A DNA stretch of 39,913 nucleotides from a bacterium (GTDB lineage: Bacteria > SZUA-182 > DTGQ01): assembly GCA_049472445.1 (NCBI GenBank), contig JBLIRT010000004.1:1-39913 (forward strand), read 5' to 3'. Below the pieces are notes generated by a model. That model was given only the letters and a program-made list of their open reading frames with translations, did not search any database and had not been told where the DNA came from. This document shows positions 17,562-25,792 of this stretch, piece after piece; position 1 is the stretch's first letter, and the number at the start of each line of letters is the position of its first letter. Made by a program: the position numbers and the translations under genes.

Positions 17562-17623
17562 AGCCTGTAATTTACTCTATCATGAAAAGCATTGTCAAGC
17601 GATGGCCTGGAAGATATGGGGCT

Positions 17624-17666
17624 ATAAAAAGAAAAACCGGTGAAGGGGATACTCCCCTCCACCGGT
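17624..17666 (-). terminator. Rho-independent terminator of the cytochrome c gene
   Basis: The minus-strand RNA reads ACCGGUGGAGGGGA-GUA-UCCCCUUCACCGGU, a 14-bp stem including one G-U pair, followed by UUUUUCUUUUUAU. Confidence 0.75.
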
Positions 17667-17755
17667 TGATCATTCCAAAAAACAGGAACATTATGCGGCA
17701 GTCAAACACTTTGGCCCACAGGCGGCAGATAACGAGCCATATATGAGCCAAGACG

Positions 17756-18115
17756 TCACAAGGTCAAAAGATATTGCAGGATGGCTTCAATATCCTCGTC
17801 CGTCGGCTTTTCCTCAAACATATCAATCCGAGGCTCCTCAAAAAGGTGCGTTTTCACCCATTCCCTGAGATTGGCCTCATCACGGCGGGTTGATACCTTG
17901 GCCAGGTCAGGAGCGCCCTCAAGTCCTCCTCCCTCGCCATTCAGAAGATGGCACATCAGGCAATTTACCTCTTCGAAAAGGGCCTGGCCATCAGCAACCT
18001 GCTGCTCTTTGGCCGGCTGATCCTGGGCGGCTAACATCCCTCCCCAGATCATTCCTACCGATACGAACAAGATGAAAACAGGCTTCATATTTCTCATCCC
18101 GCCGGTCAATCTCAT
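17756..18115 (-). CDS. Periplasmic mono-haem c-type cytochrome
   Basis: The 119-aa ORF has a signal peptide and a single CLMCH haem-binding motif. An AAAGGAGA RBS precedes the ATG at 18115. Confidence 0.8.
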   Translation of the reverse strand: MRLTGGMRNMKPVFILFVSVGMIWGGMLAAQDQPAKEQQVADGQALFEEVNCLMCHLLNGEGGGLEGAPDLAKVSTRRDEANLREWVKTHLFEEPRIDMFEEKPTDEDIEAILQYLLTL

Positions 18116-18259
18116 GGGAAATCTCCTTTCTTTCAGCGGCTTATGAGTTCACAGCGAACGATTCCGGGTGAAAAAAATCAATAATGCTCTTTTATAGTGA
18201 GGAATACCAGCTTATAGTGAATTTGTCAACACTTCCAGCCATCCAGAAATTAATTTTCC

Positions 18260-20026
18260 TTATCTTATCATCATTTCGTATAGTTTCTTATAAACAGTAT
18301 CCTGTTGAAGCAATGAGGTGTGAGTGCCCTGCTCGGCTACTCTCCCCTTATGTAAAACCAGGATCTTATCTGCATCAGTAATGGTCGAAAGTCGGTGAGC
18401 AATAACGATAGCTGTCCGGTTTCGAGTTAATTTCCGCAAGGCATCCTGAATGAGGCCCTCGGTTTCAGAATCCACGCTGGAGGTTGCCTCATCCAGAATC
18501 AGGACGGCCGGATTGACCGCCAGGGCTCTGGTGAAGGCCAGAAGCTGCTTTTGTCCCACCGACAGCTCATTTCCCCTTTCAGCCAGGATATGGTCATATT
18601 TCCCGGCCAGCCCTTCAATAAAGGTATCGGCATGAATAAATCCGGCCATCTGTTTGATCACATCCAGGGGAACGGCTTGATCTCCCATGGTAATATTATG
18701 CAGAATACTGGCTGAAAACAAAAACACATCCTGCTGGACTACCGGCATGGCTGAACGAAGCTCCTTAAGATCATAGTCTCTGATATCCGCACCATCAATG
18801 AGGATGCGGCCCCGCTGAAACTCATAGTACCGGCCCAGCAGGTTGATAATCGAGGTTTTCCCTGCTCCTGTGGCCCCTACAATGGCCATAGTCTCACCCT
18901 TGCGAAGCCGGAAGGAAACATCCTTTAAGACATAATGCTCCCCCTCATAGGCAAACCAGACTCCATCGAAGACAATCTCCTCCCTGAGGCCGGGAAAGGG
19001 CTTCGGGTTGGCCGATACACTCATGTGCTGCCGGGTATCCAGGAGCGTGAAGATCTTCTCGGCCGCAGCCATGGTAGCCTGCAGCACGTTGTACTTTTCA
19101 CTTAATTCCCGGATAGGGCGAAAGAAACTTCCCATATACTCAATGAAGGCGACCAGGACACCGATGGTTAAGGTACCCTCGAAAACTTTGAGTCCCCCAT
19201 ACCAGATGATCAGGGCCATCGAGATTGAGGACATAATCTCAATAAAGGGAAAAAAGAGAGCGTAATAAAAGATGGTCCTCAGGTAAGCATCCCGGTGTTC
19301 AAGGTTCAGGAGATCGAACCGGTGAAAGTTTTTCCCTTCCCGCCCAAAGAGCTGGACATCCCTCATACCGGCAATATTTTCCTGCAGAAAGGAGTTGAGC
19401 CGGGCAATCTTCTCACGAATCTGGCGGAAGGACTCCCGCACCCTGTCTCTGAACTTCAGGCTGCCCCAGATCACCAGGGGAAGAACGGAAAAGCTTACCA
19501 GTGCCAGGCGAGCGTTCATCAGGAGCATGATGATGACTATGCCCCACAGGGTTACCAGGTTTCCAACCACCTCAATGAGGCCATAGGAGAGCATCTCATT
19601 GAGAACCTCTATATCATTACCGATCCTGGTCATGATTCGTCCCACCGGATATCGATCAAAAAAGGAAAGCGATAAGGATTGAACATGGGTGAAAAGATCC
19701 ATTCTGATATCCCGGATGATCTTTTGTCCCATGAGCTGCGTGCAGTAATTCAGCCAGAAATGACCGGAGAATTTTATGAGGAGAATCAGGAGGAAAAAAA
19801 GGCAGATCCTGGAAAGGCCCGTAAAATCTCTTCCCTTGATATAGGTATCAATGCCTATTTTCACCAGATATGGGCCCACGAGTTCCAGACCGGAAATGAT
19901 GAGCAGAATCAGCAAAGATCCGAAGAAAAGAAAAAGGTATGGCCTCAGATAGCCAAGAAGCCTCCGGATAAGCCGCCAGTCGTAAATTTTGCCTTGTATT
20001 TCATCACCATGTGACTGGCCGTGCAT
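18260..20026 (-). CDS. ABC exporter fused permease/ATPase subunit (consensus Walker B, deviant signature)
   Basis: The 588-aa ORF has a 6-TM exporter domain followed by an NBD with GATGAGKTS, LSVGQKQ, VLILDEATSSVD and IAHRLST. Confidence 0.9.
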   Translation of the reverse strand: MHGQSHGDEIQGKIYDWRLIRRLLGYLRPYLFLFFGSLLILLIISGLELVGPYLVKIGIDTYIKGRDFTGLSRICLFFLLILLIKFSGHFWLNYCTQLMGQKIIRDIRMDLFTHVQSLSLSFFDRYPVGRIMTRIGNDIEVLNEMLSYGLIEVVGNLVTLWGIVIIMLLMNARLALVSFSVLPLVIWGSLKFRDRVRESFRQIREKIARLNSFLQENIAGMRDVQLFGREGKNFHRFDLLNLEHRDAYLRTIFYYALFFPFIEIMSSISMALIIWYGGLKVFEGTLTIGVLVAFIEYMGSFFRPIRELSEKYNVLQATMAAAEKIFTLLDTRQHMSVSANPKPFPGLREEIVFDGVWFAYEGEHYVLKDVSFRLRKGETMAIVGATGAGKTSIINLLGRYYEFQRGRILIDGADIRDYDLKELRSAMPVVQQDVFLFSASILHNITMGDQAVPLDVIKQMAGFIHADTFIEGLAGKYDHILAERGNELSVGQKQLLAFTRALAVNPAVLILDEATSSVDSETEGLIQDALRKLTRNRTAIVIAHRLSTITDADKILVLHKGRVAEQGTHTSLLQQDTVYKKLYEMMIR

Positions 20027-20032
20027 TGGTGT

Positions 20033-21793
20033 TCAGCCCTCCTCCTCCAGTTCCTGGATGAGTAATTGCCTCTGGTACATCCGGGCGTAGATTCCGTTTT
20101 GAGCCATAAGCCCTTCATGATGACCGGATTCGACAATTCTTCCCTGTTCCAGGACATAAATCCGGTCACAATCTCTGACCGTGGAAAGGCGATGAGCGAC
20201 AATGATGCAGGTACATCCTGCCATAAGCGGGCGAACCTTCTGAAGGATCCGGCTTTCAGTCTGAAGATCCACACTGGAAAATACATCATCAAAGATCAAA
20301 ATGGGGGGCTTACGAACCAGCGCCCGGGAGATGGCCAGACGCTGCTTCTGGCCTCCCGATAAGGTGACGCCCCGCTCACCGACAACCGTCTCGAACTTTT
20401 GAGGAAGTTCCTCAATCTCGCCAAACAGATGTGAGAAGATAGCAGCCTCCATAACCTGCTCGTGGGACTCGGTGGCCATACCCAGCCCGATATTATGCCT
20501 GATTGAGTCAGAAAAAATAAAGGCTTCCTGGGGCACATAGCCGATTTTTGAACGGAGCAGCCTGACGGGGATTTGATCGATGGCCTGGCCGTCGAGGCGG
20601 ATCTGGCCGGATTTCACGTCGTAAAGTCTCGGAATCAGACTGACGAGGGTGCTTTTGCCCGCCCCGGTCCGTCCGACTATGCCTATTGACTGGCCGGGCT
20701 GAATACCCAGGTTTATATCCTGAAGAATCTCCGGCCCTTCCGGGCCATAAGCAAAGGTGACATGATCAAATTCAATGTTCCCCCGGGGAGAAAAAGAGAG
20801 GGTGGCAGCCGGTGAATCCTCAATCTCCGGCCTGATCTGTAATATCTCATGTATACGCCCCATGGAGGCAGCGCCTCGTTGAAAAAGATTGATGACCCAG
20901 CCGAGGGATATAGCCGGCCAGATCAGGAGTCCCACATAGCTGATAAAGGCAACGAGGCCGCCAAGGCTCATCTGGCCGGAGATTACCTGTCTTCCTCCCA
21001 GCCAGAGAATGAACAGAAGGAAGAATCCGCCCAGAAAGGAGATCAGGGGATGAAAAAATCCCCAGACCTTAACCAGTTCCATGTTTTTCTGAAGGTAAAC
21101 ATCATTGGCCTGCTGAAACCGCGCTGACATCCGGTCCTCTCTCACGTAAGCCTTGATCACCCTGATACCCGAAAAATTCTCCTGAACCTGGCTATTCAAG
21201 ACAGAAAACTGTTCCTGAACGGCTCTGGAGCGGATATGGAGTTTTCGGGCGAAAATAAAGACCAGAAGGGAAATCAGGGGGACAGGGATCAGGATGGAAA
21301 GGGTCAGCTTCCAGTTGATCAAAACCATGAAACCAAGATCCAAGATGATGAGGGCGAGAGCATTGGCGAAGTACATGATTCCAGGCCCCAGGAAACTGCG
21401 CACCGCATTCAGGTCATTGGTAGCCCTGGACATCAGATCCCCGGTTCTCATAGCCTGAAAAAAGGACAGAGAGAGGGTTTGAAGATGGGCAAAGAAATCA
21501 TTCCGCAGGAGATACTCGATCTTCCGTGACAGGCCGATGAGAATAGTCCGCATCCAGAACTTAAAAAATCCCTGAGCCAGGGCCAGAAGCACGATCAAGG
21601 CAGCGTAAGAGACGAGAGTCCGTGGCGGCACACCATGCTTCAGGCCATCGATGGCTTCCTTGAGAATCCTGGGGATGAACAGGGTAAAGAGTACGGACAG
21701 GAAAAGGAACAAAAATCCCTTCAGATAGTCCAGCCGGAACCGCCACAGATACTCCTTCAACCCGGCCATTTCCCTCAGCGATTCAAATCTCAT
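20033..21793 (-). CDS. ABC exporter fused permease/ATPase subunit (degenerate Walker B, consensus signature)
   Basis: It has a 6-TM domain followed by an NBD with GRTGAGKST, LSGGQKQR, ILIFDDVFSSVD and VAHRLST. The ORF is open to a GTG at 21853, but the ATG at 21793 (MRFESLRE) is the likelier start. Confidence 0.88.
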   Translation of the reverse strand: MRFESLREMAGLKEYLWRFRLDYLKGFLFLFLSVLFTLFIPRILKEAIDGLKHGVPPRTLVSYAALIVLLALAQGFFKFWMRTILIGLSRKIEYLLRNDFFAHLQTLSLSFFQAMRTGDLMSRATNDLNAVRSFLGPGIMYFANALALIILDLGFMVLINWKLTLSILIPVPLISLLVFIFARKLHIRSRAVQEQFSVLNSQVQENFSGIRVIKAYVREDRMSARFQQANDVYLQKNMELVKVWGFFHPLISFLGGFFLLFILWLGGRQVISGQMSLGGLVAFISYVGLLIWPAISLGWVINLFQRGAASMGRIHEILQIRPEIEDSPAATLSFSPRGNIEFDHVTFAYGPEGPEILQDINLGIQPGQSIGIVGRTGAGKSTLVSLIPRLYDVKSGQIRLDGQAIDQIPVRLLRSKIGYVPQEAFIFSDSIRHNIGLGMATESHEQVMEAAIFSHLFGEIEELPQKFETVVGERGVTLSGGQKQRLAISRALVRKPPILIFDDVFSSVDLQTESRILQKVRPLMAGCTCIIVAHRLSTVRDCDRIYVLEQGRIVESGHHEGLMAQNGIYARMYQRQLLIQELEEEG

Positions 21794-21891
21794 GGTCAGC
21801 CCGTCCCGCCTGCTTCTGCACCCGGAATTCCCCGAAAAATCCCTCTGATCCACCTTTCAAGAGAAAAAAGGGAATTGGGAAAAAGAGCAAT

Positions 21892-23010
21892 TCAGAAGAC
21901 CTCCTGATAGTAACGCTCATATTCGGCCACCTTTTCCCTTTCTGAAAACCGGTTCAGGGCAATATATCTCCCCCGTTTACCAAGGCGGTAACCCAACTGA
22001 GCATCTTTTAAAATCATGGCGGCAAAATGGGCCATAGCCTGAACGTCTCCTTTGTCGACCAGAAAGCCGGTCCGGCCATCCTCTACCACTTCCGGCAGGC
22101 CGCCAACCCGATAGGCTACGACCGGCACCTGACAACTCATAGCCTCTAAAGCCGCCAGACCAAAGGATTCTATTTCAGAGGGAAGCAAAAGTAAATCGGT
22201 GATATTTAAGATATTCTCAACAGAATGAACAAAATGTAAAAAATGTACTCTTGAGGCCAGCCCCATCTCCTGAGTCAGCCTCATGGCTGTGGAGACCTCC
22301 GGTCCATCCCCTACCATCAATAAAACAGAGGGAATCTCCTGCTGAACCATCTGAAAGACCTCCAATACATTCGGGATATTCTTTATGATTCGAAAATTGG
22401 AGATATGGGTGATAATCTTTTCACCCGCTGCTGTATACCGGTCCCGTCCGACAGGAGGCCGGAATTTTCTGAATTTTCGGACATCAACAAAATTATGAAT
22501 CACTTTGATCGGCCTGGTAAATTCGAACCTGGTGCGAGTAACTTCCGCTAAAAAATGAGAAACGGCAGTAATTCCATGGCTGACCTCCAGCCCGAAGCGG
22601 GTAATATTCTTGTATGAGGGATCCATCCCGATCAGGTTAATGTCCGTTCCATGAAGGGTGGTGATAATTTTGGCCTGATAACCTCCCAATACCTTTAAAG
22701 CCAGATAGGCAGCCACAGTGTGGGGGATGGTATAATGGACGTGAATAACTTCCAGACCATGTTTCTGAATTACCTCAATTATTTTGGAGGCGAGAGCCAG
22801 GGTATAGGGGGGAAATTGAAAAAGAGGGTAAGGGACAACGTCGACCGGATGGAAGATAATTCCTGAAGATTCAGACGGCTCCAGGCGCACGGGGACGTGA
22901 TAGGAGATAACGTGGACCTGATGCCCCCGACCGGCCAGAAACTTACCCAGTTCCGTAGCTACTACTCCGCTTCCTCCATAGGTTGGATAGCAGACCATAC
23001 CAATCTTCAT
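21892..23010 (-). CDS. bshA: GT4 glycosyltransferase, BshA-like (N-acetyl-alpha-D-glucosaminyl L-malate synthase family)
   Basis: It is collinear with Bacillus BshA as I recall it: MKIGMVCYPTYGGSGVVATELGKFLAGRGHQVHVIS, TTLHGTDI, HISNFR..K, MVGDGPE, SEIESFGLAALEAMSCQVPV, GGLPEVVEDGRTGFLVDKGDV. Confidence 0.7.
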   Translation of the reverse strand: MKIGMVCYPTYGGSGVVATELGKFLAGRGHQVHVISYHVPVRLEPSESSGIIFHPVDVVPYPLFQFPPYTLALASKIIEVIQKHGLEVIHVHYTIPHTVAAYLALKVLGGYQAKIITTLHGTDINLIGMDPSYKNITRFGLEVSHGITAVSHFLAEVTRTRFEFTRPIKVIHNFVDVRKFRKFRPPVGRDRYTAAGEKIITHISNFRIIKNIPNVLEVFQMVQQEIPSVLLMVGDGPEVSTAMRLTQEMGLASRVHFLHFVHSVENILNITDLLLLPSEIESFGLAALEAMSCQVPVVAYRVGGLPEVVEDGRTGFLVDKGDVQAMAHFAAMILKDAQLGYRLGKRGRYIALNRFSEREKVAEYERYYQEVF

Positions 23011-23046
23011 TCGATATCCCCCATGAGATCACTCTGCCTGATGGGC

Positions 23047-23424
23047 TTAAAAAGGGCCCTTCTTCAGGCTTTCTTCAATTTTCGATCGAAGATACTTCTC
23101 TATGCCCCTCCGAGTGATGGGAATCAGCAAACTGAAGCCAAGGGCATCGGTAAGGAAACCCGGCGTCAATAACAGCAGTCCTCCGACCAGGATACAGAAC
23201 CCATCAAATAACTCCTGGGGAGGAATCTGCCCGCGGCCCAGTTCTTCTCTGATCCTGGAGATTACGCCTAATCCCTCATGTTTGGCCAGGGCAGCCCCTA
23301 ATATTCCCGTGATGAAAATCAGCAGGATGGTATTTACGGTACCGAGCAGCCCCCCTATTTCGATCAGTAAGGCCAGCTCTATAATAGGAACAATGACAAA
23401 AAGAATGAAAAGCCTTAAAAACAT
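23047..23424 (-). CDS. fxsA: FxsA family inner-membrane protein
   Basis: The start MFLRLFILFVIVPIIELALLIEIGGLLGTVNTILLIFITGILGAALAKHEG and the later LTPGFLTDALGFSLLIP are typical of FxsA. Confidence 0.85.
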   Translation of the reverse strand: MFLRLFILFVIVPIIELALLIEIGGLLGTVNTILLIFITGILGAALAKHEGLGVISRIREELGRGQIPPQELFDGFCILVGGLLLLTPGFLTDALGFSLLIPITRRGIEKYLRSKIEESLKKGPF

Positions 23425-23551
23425 AAAAATACTCCTCCTCTCCTTGGCATCGTTCTATTATACAGGGGATAGCTCCATTTTTCAAAGGCCCTCAAACAGA
23501 AAATTATGGATATATCTTGATCTGAGGTATGATTTCTCATACCTTCATCCG

Positions 23552-23565
23552 GGCACGCACCTTTC
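23552..23565 (+). promoter_or_regulatory. Sigma-54-like promoter motif with a defective -12 element (GGCACGCACCTTTC)
   Basis: It is identical to the fdh sigma-54 promoter (GGCACGCACCTTGC) at 13 of 14 positions. The single difference removes the conserved -12 G. Confidence 0.3.
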
Positions 23566-23581
23566 ATAAGATTACGTAGAC

Positions 23582-23821
23582 GTTCCCTATCTTCTATCCA
23601 ACCAGGATGGGAAGGGTGGGGATGGTCGCTGGAGCGGCATAGGGAGTCTTTTGATGAAGCTTCGAAGCTGTGCTGAGCGTTAAAAATGGCCGCTGTCTGA
23701 GCGACAGCGAGTTCGGCCATTTAGCGAAGCACGCTTCAGAAGCTTCCAAAAGACGACCGTTGAGCGAAAGCGATCACCCCCACCCTGAAAGCGATCACGC
23801 CCACCCTTGAAGATGGGGAAC
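23582..23821. repeat. Long imperfect inverted repeat (about 85-nt arms around 23698-23702) with a 21-bp tandem duplication on the right arm; candidate structured ncRNA or MITE-like element
   Basis: The left arm (23613-23697) pairs with the right arm (23703-23786). Matching blocks are AGGGTGGGG/CCCCACCCT, GTCTTTT/AAAAGAC, GAAGCTTC, AAATGGCCG/CGGCCATTT and CGCTGTC/GACAGCG. GAAAGCGATCACCCCCACCCT (23766-23786) is repeated at 23787-23807 with one mismatch. The outer GTTCCCTATCTTC (23582-23594) pairs with GAAGATGGGGAAC (23809-23821). Confidence 0.6.
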
Positions 23822-23843
23822 ATCTAAAGATTACGGATATATA

Positions 23844-23872
23844 TTGACAAAAGGAGCATTACCTGCAATCAT
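23844..23872 (+). promoter_or_regulatory. Sigma-70-type promoter candidate (TTGACA-N17-AATCAT) for the PPIase gene
   Basis: The -35 hexamer TTGACA (23844-23849) is perfect. A 4/6 match to the -10 consensus (23867-23872) sits at 17-bp spacing. Confidence 0.35.
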
Positions 23873-23926
23873 TAGGCGAACTGTGAACATCACCACGAAA
23901 AACCCCTTTCTGATAAAAGGAGAATC

Positions 23927-25018
23927 ATGATGAGAGGTCTGAAGACATGTTTTATTTTGATTTTCATCTTTTTTATCCTTTCTGTGTCTCTGTTCAGCTG
24001 CCATTCACCATCAAACCAAAGCCAGAATGACCATGAAACAACCACTTCCGAGCCGGCCAGGCAGAAGGAAGAGGCGGGTACGGTCAATGGAGATGCAGTA
24101 GCTACGGTCAATGGTACGGCCATCCTCAGGAGTGAATTAGAAAGGGCTTTTCATTTTCATTCCCAGCAGAATCAAGAAATGATGGCCCAATTGCCTGAGG
24201 AGCAAAAGCTCAGGCTCCGCGGGATGATACTGAATCAGCTCATTGAGACGGAGATTCTCTATCAGAAGGGCCGGGAATCCAATATCACCATCTCCGATGA
24301 CGAAATCAAGGCCCGATTGGAGCACATCAAAAAGCAATACCCCTCTGAAGCTGAATTTGCCGATTATTTGTCGAAAAATAAAATCAGCATGGAGGATGTT
24401 ATCAGAGATCTGAATAGAAATTATGTGATTTCCAAGGTCGTCCAGGCTCATATCAGCTCTGTCTCAGCAGATGCGAAGGAAGTAAGTGACGAGGAATTAA
24501 AGCGTTACTACGAAGAAAATAAAGCCCAGTTCCAGGAGGGCGAAAAGGTCAGAGCCAGCCATATTCTCATGAAAGTAGATAAGAGCGCCGATGCTGAAGC
24601 TCATGCATCGGCCAAAGGGAAGTTGGCCGAAATTCTGCAAAGGGCCAAACTGGGTGAGGACTTTGGAATGCTGGCCCAACAGAACTCTGAATGCCCCAGT
24701 TCCAGCAGGGGTGGAGACCTTGGATTCTTCAGCCGGGAGCAGATGGTTCCGGAATTCTCACAGACCGCCTTCAGCTTGAAACCCGGTGAGATAAGCGATA
24801 TTGTCCAGACCCAATTCGGCTACCATATCATCAAGGTGACCGATGCCAAGCCTGCCTCTTTCAAGTCCTTTGAGGAGAGCAAGACCCAGATTAAGCAGCA
24901 CCTGAGCGGTGGAAACAAGGGAACTCTCATTAAAGATTATATCAAAAGCCTCCGCGAGCAGGCCGATATCAAAATCCTGGTGCCTGAACTGGCTTCAATT
25001 CTGGAGGAGAAGCACTGA
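23927..25018 (+). CDS. Parvulin-type peptidyl-prolyl isomerase lipoprotein (SurA/PrsA/PpiD-like)
   Basis: It has a signal peptide with the lipobox LFSC, a SurA-N-like chaperone region and a PpiC rotamase domain (ASHILMKV, CPSSSRGGDLGFF, FGYHIIKV). Confidence 0.85.
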   Translation: MMRGLKTCFILIFIFFILSVSLFSCHSPSNQSQNDHETTTSEPARQKEEAGTVNGDAVATVNGTAILRSELERAFHFHSQQNQEMMAQLPEEQKLRLRGMILNQLIETEILYQKGRESNITISDDEIKARLEHIKKQYPSEAEFADYLSKNKISMEDVIRDLNRNYVISKVVQAHISSVSADAKEVSDEELKRYYEENKAQFQEGEKVRASHILMKVDKSADAEAHASAKGKLAEILQRAKLGEDFGMLAQQNSECPSSSRGGDLGFFSREQMVPEFSQTAFSLKPGEISDIVQTQFGYHIIKVTDAKPASFKSFEESKTQIKQHLSGGNKGTLIKDYIKSLREQADIKILVPELASILEEKH

Positions 25019-25792
25019 TTGCCCTATGGCTCGATCGATGGCGGCTGGAGAGGCATTCTCACCCGGATGGATAAGATAGAGGAGAAATTCGCGATTTCCC
25101 CTGCTGCCGGCGATTGGTGAGAGGGTTAATCCGGCCAGGGCAAGGCTGTGTTCCTGAGCAAAGTCTATAATCTCTTTGAGAACGCGGATATGTTTTTCGG
25201 GATCACGAACTATACCTCCCTTTCCAACCTGGCCCTTCCCGACCTCAAATTGGGGTTTAACCAGGGCGATGATCCCGCCCGGTTCAGCCAGGAGCTTTTT
25301 CACTACAGGCAGGACAAGACGCAGGGAAATGAAGGAGACATCAATGGTGATCAAGTCAAAGAGCACGGGAAAGTCAGATGGCGATACATACCGGATATTC
25401 ACTCGATCCCTGAGAACTACCCTGGGGTGGTGCGCTATTCTGGGGTCCATCTGGCCATAACCGACATCAACCGCATAAACCTGCCCGGCGCCGTGCTGCA
25501 GCAGACAATCAGTGAATCCACCGGTCGAAGCCCCCACATCCAGGACTGACTTTCCGGAGATGGAAAGGCCGAACTCCCTGATCGCCTTCTCCAGCTTGAT
25601 TCCTCCCCGGCTGACATATGGGATGGGCTCTTTAATCGTCAGCGGCGCACCAAGGGCTATCAACTGGCCGGGCTTATCGATCCTGCTATCCCCCGTAAAT
25701 ACCTTACCGGCCATAACCAGGGCCCGCGCCCTCTCACGACTGGGAGCAAGACCCCTCTCATGGAGGAGTTTATCTACACGCTCTTTCTTCAT
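24995..25792 (-). CDS. tlyA: TlyA family rRNA (cytidine-2'-O)-methyltransferase
   Basis: It has an N-terminal S4 domain (RVDKLLHERGLAPSRERARALVMAGKV) and an FtsJ-type SAM fold (VLDVGASTGGFTDCLLQHGA). It overlaps the convergent PPIase gene by 24 bp. Confidence 0.88.
   Translation of the reverse strand: MKKERVDKLLHERGLAPSRERARALVMAGKVFTGDSRIDKPGQLIALGAPLTIKEPIPYVSRGGIKLEKAIREFGLSISGKSVLDVGASTGGFTDCLLQHGAGQVYAVDVGYGQMDPRIAHHPRVVLRDRVNIRYVSPSDFPVLFDLITIDVSFISLRLVLPVVKKLLAEPGGIIALVKPQFEVGKGQVGKGGIVRDPEKHIRVLKEIIDFAQEHSLALAGLTLSPIAGSRGNREFLLYLIHPGENASPAAIDRAIGQSVLLLQN

Noticed and set aside
17035-17570. Alternative long ORFs in the GC-rich patch (17035..17478 -, 17174..17548 -, 16996..17322 +, 17277..17570 +)
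   Set aside because: Their translations are Arg/Pro/Gly/Ala-rich and lack hydrophobic periodicity or motifs. They are consistent with stop-codon depletion in GC-rich DNA. Only the 17025..17561 frame gives a coherent membrane protein.
18201-18229. A sigma-70 promoter candidate for the cytochrome c gene (TTGACA-N17-TATTCC on the minus strand), with the flanking direct repeat TTATAGTGA x2
   Set aside because: The -35 is perfect, but the -10 is poor (3/6 and lacking the final T). That is too weak to list as a feature without transcript data.
23415-23720. A 101-aa minus-strand ORF in the fxsA/PPIase spacer
   Set aside because: It overlaps the fxsA start codon region, has no RBS or recognisable motifs, and is generated by the palindromic element. 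I treat it as non-coding.
23766-23807. Tandem 21-bp repeats (and the 15-bp repeats at 39651-39686) as a CRISPR array
   Set aside because: There are only two directly abutting copies with no spacers, the units are too short, and no cas genes are in the window.
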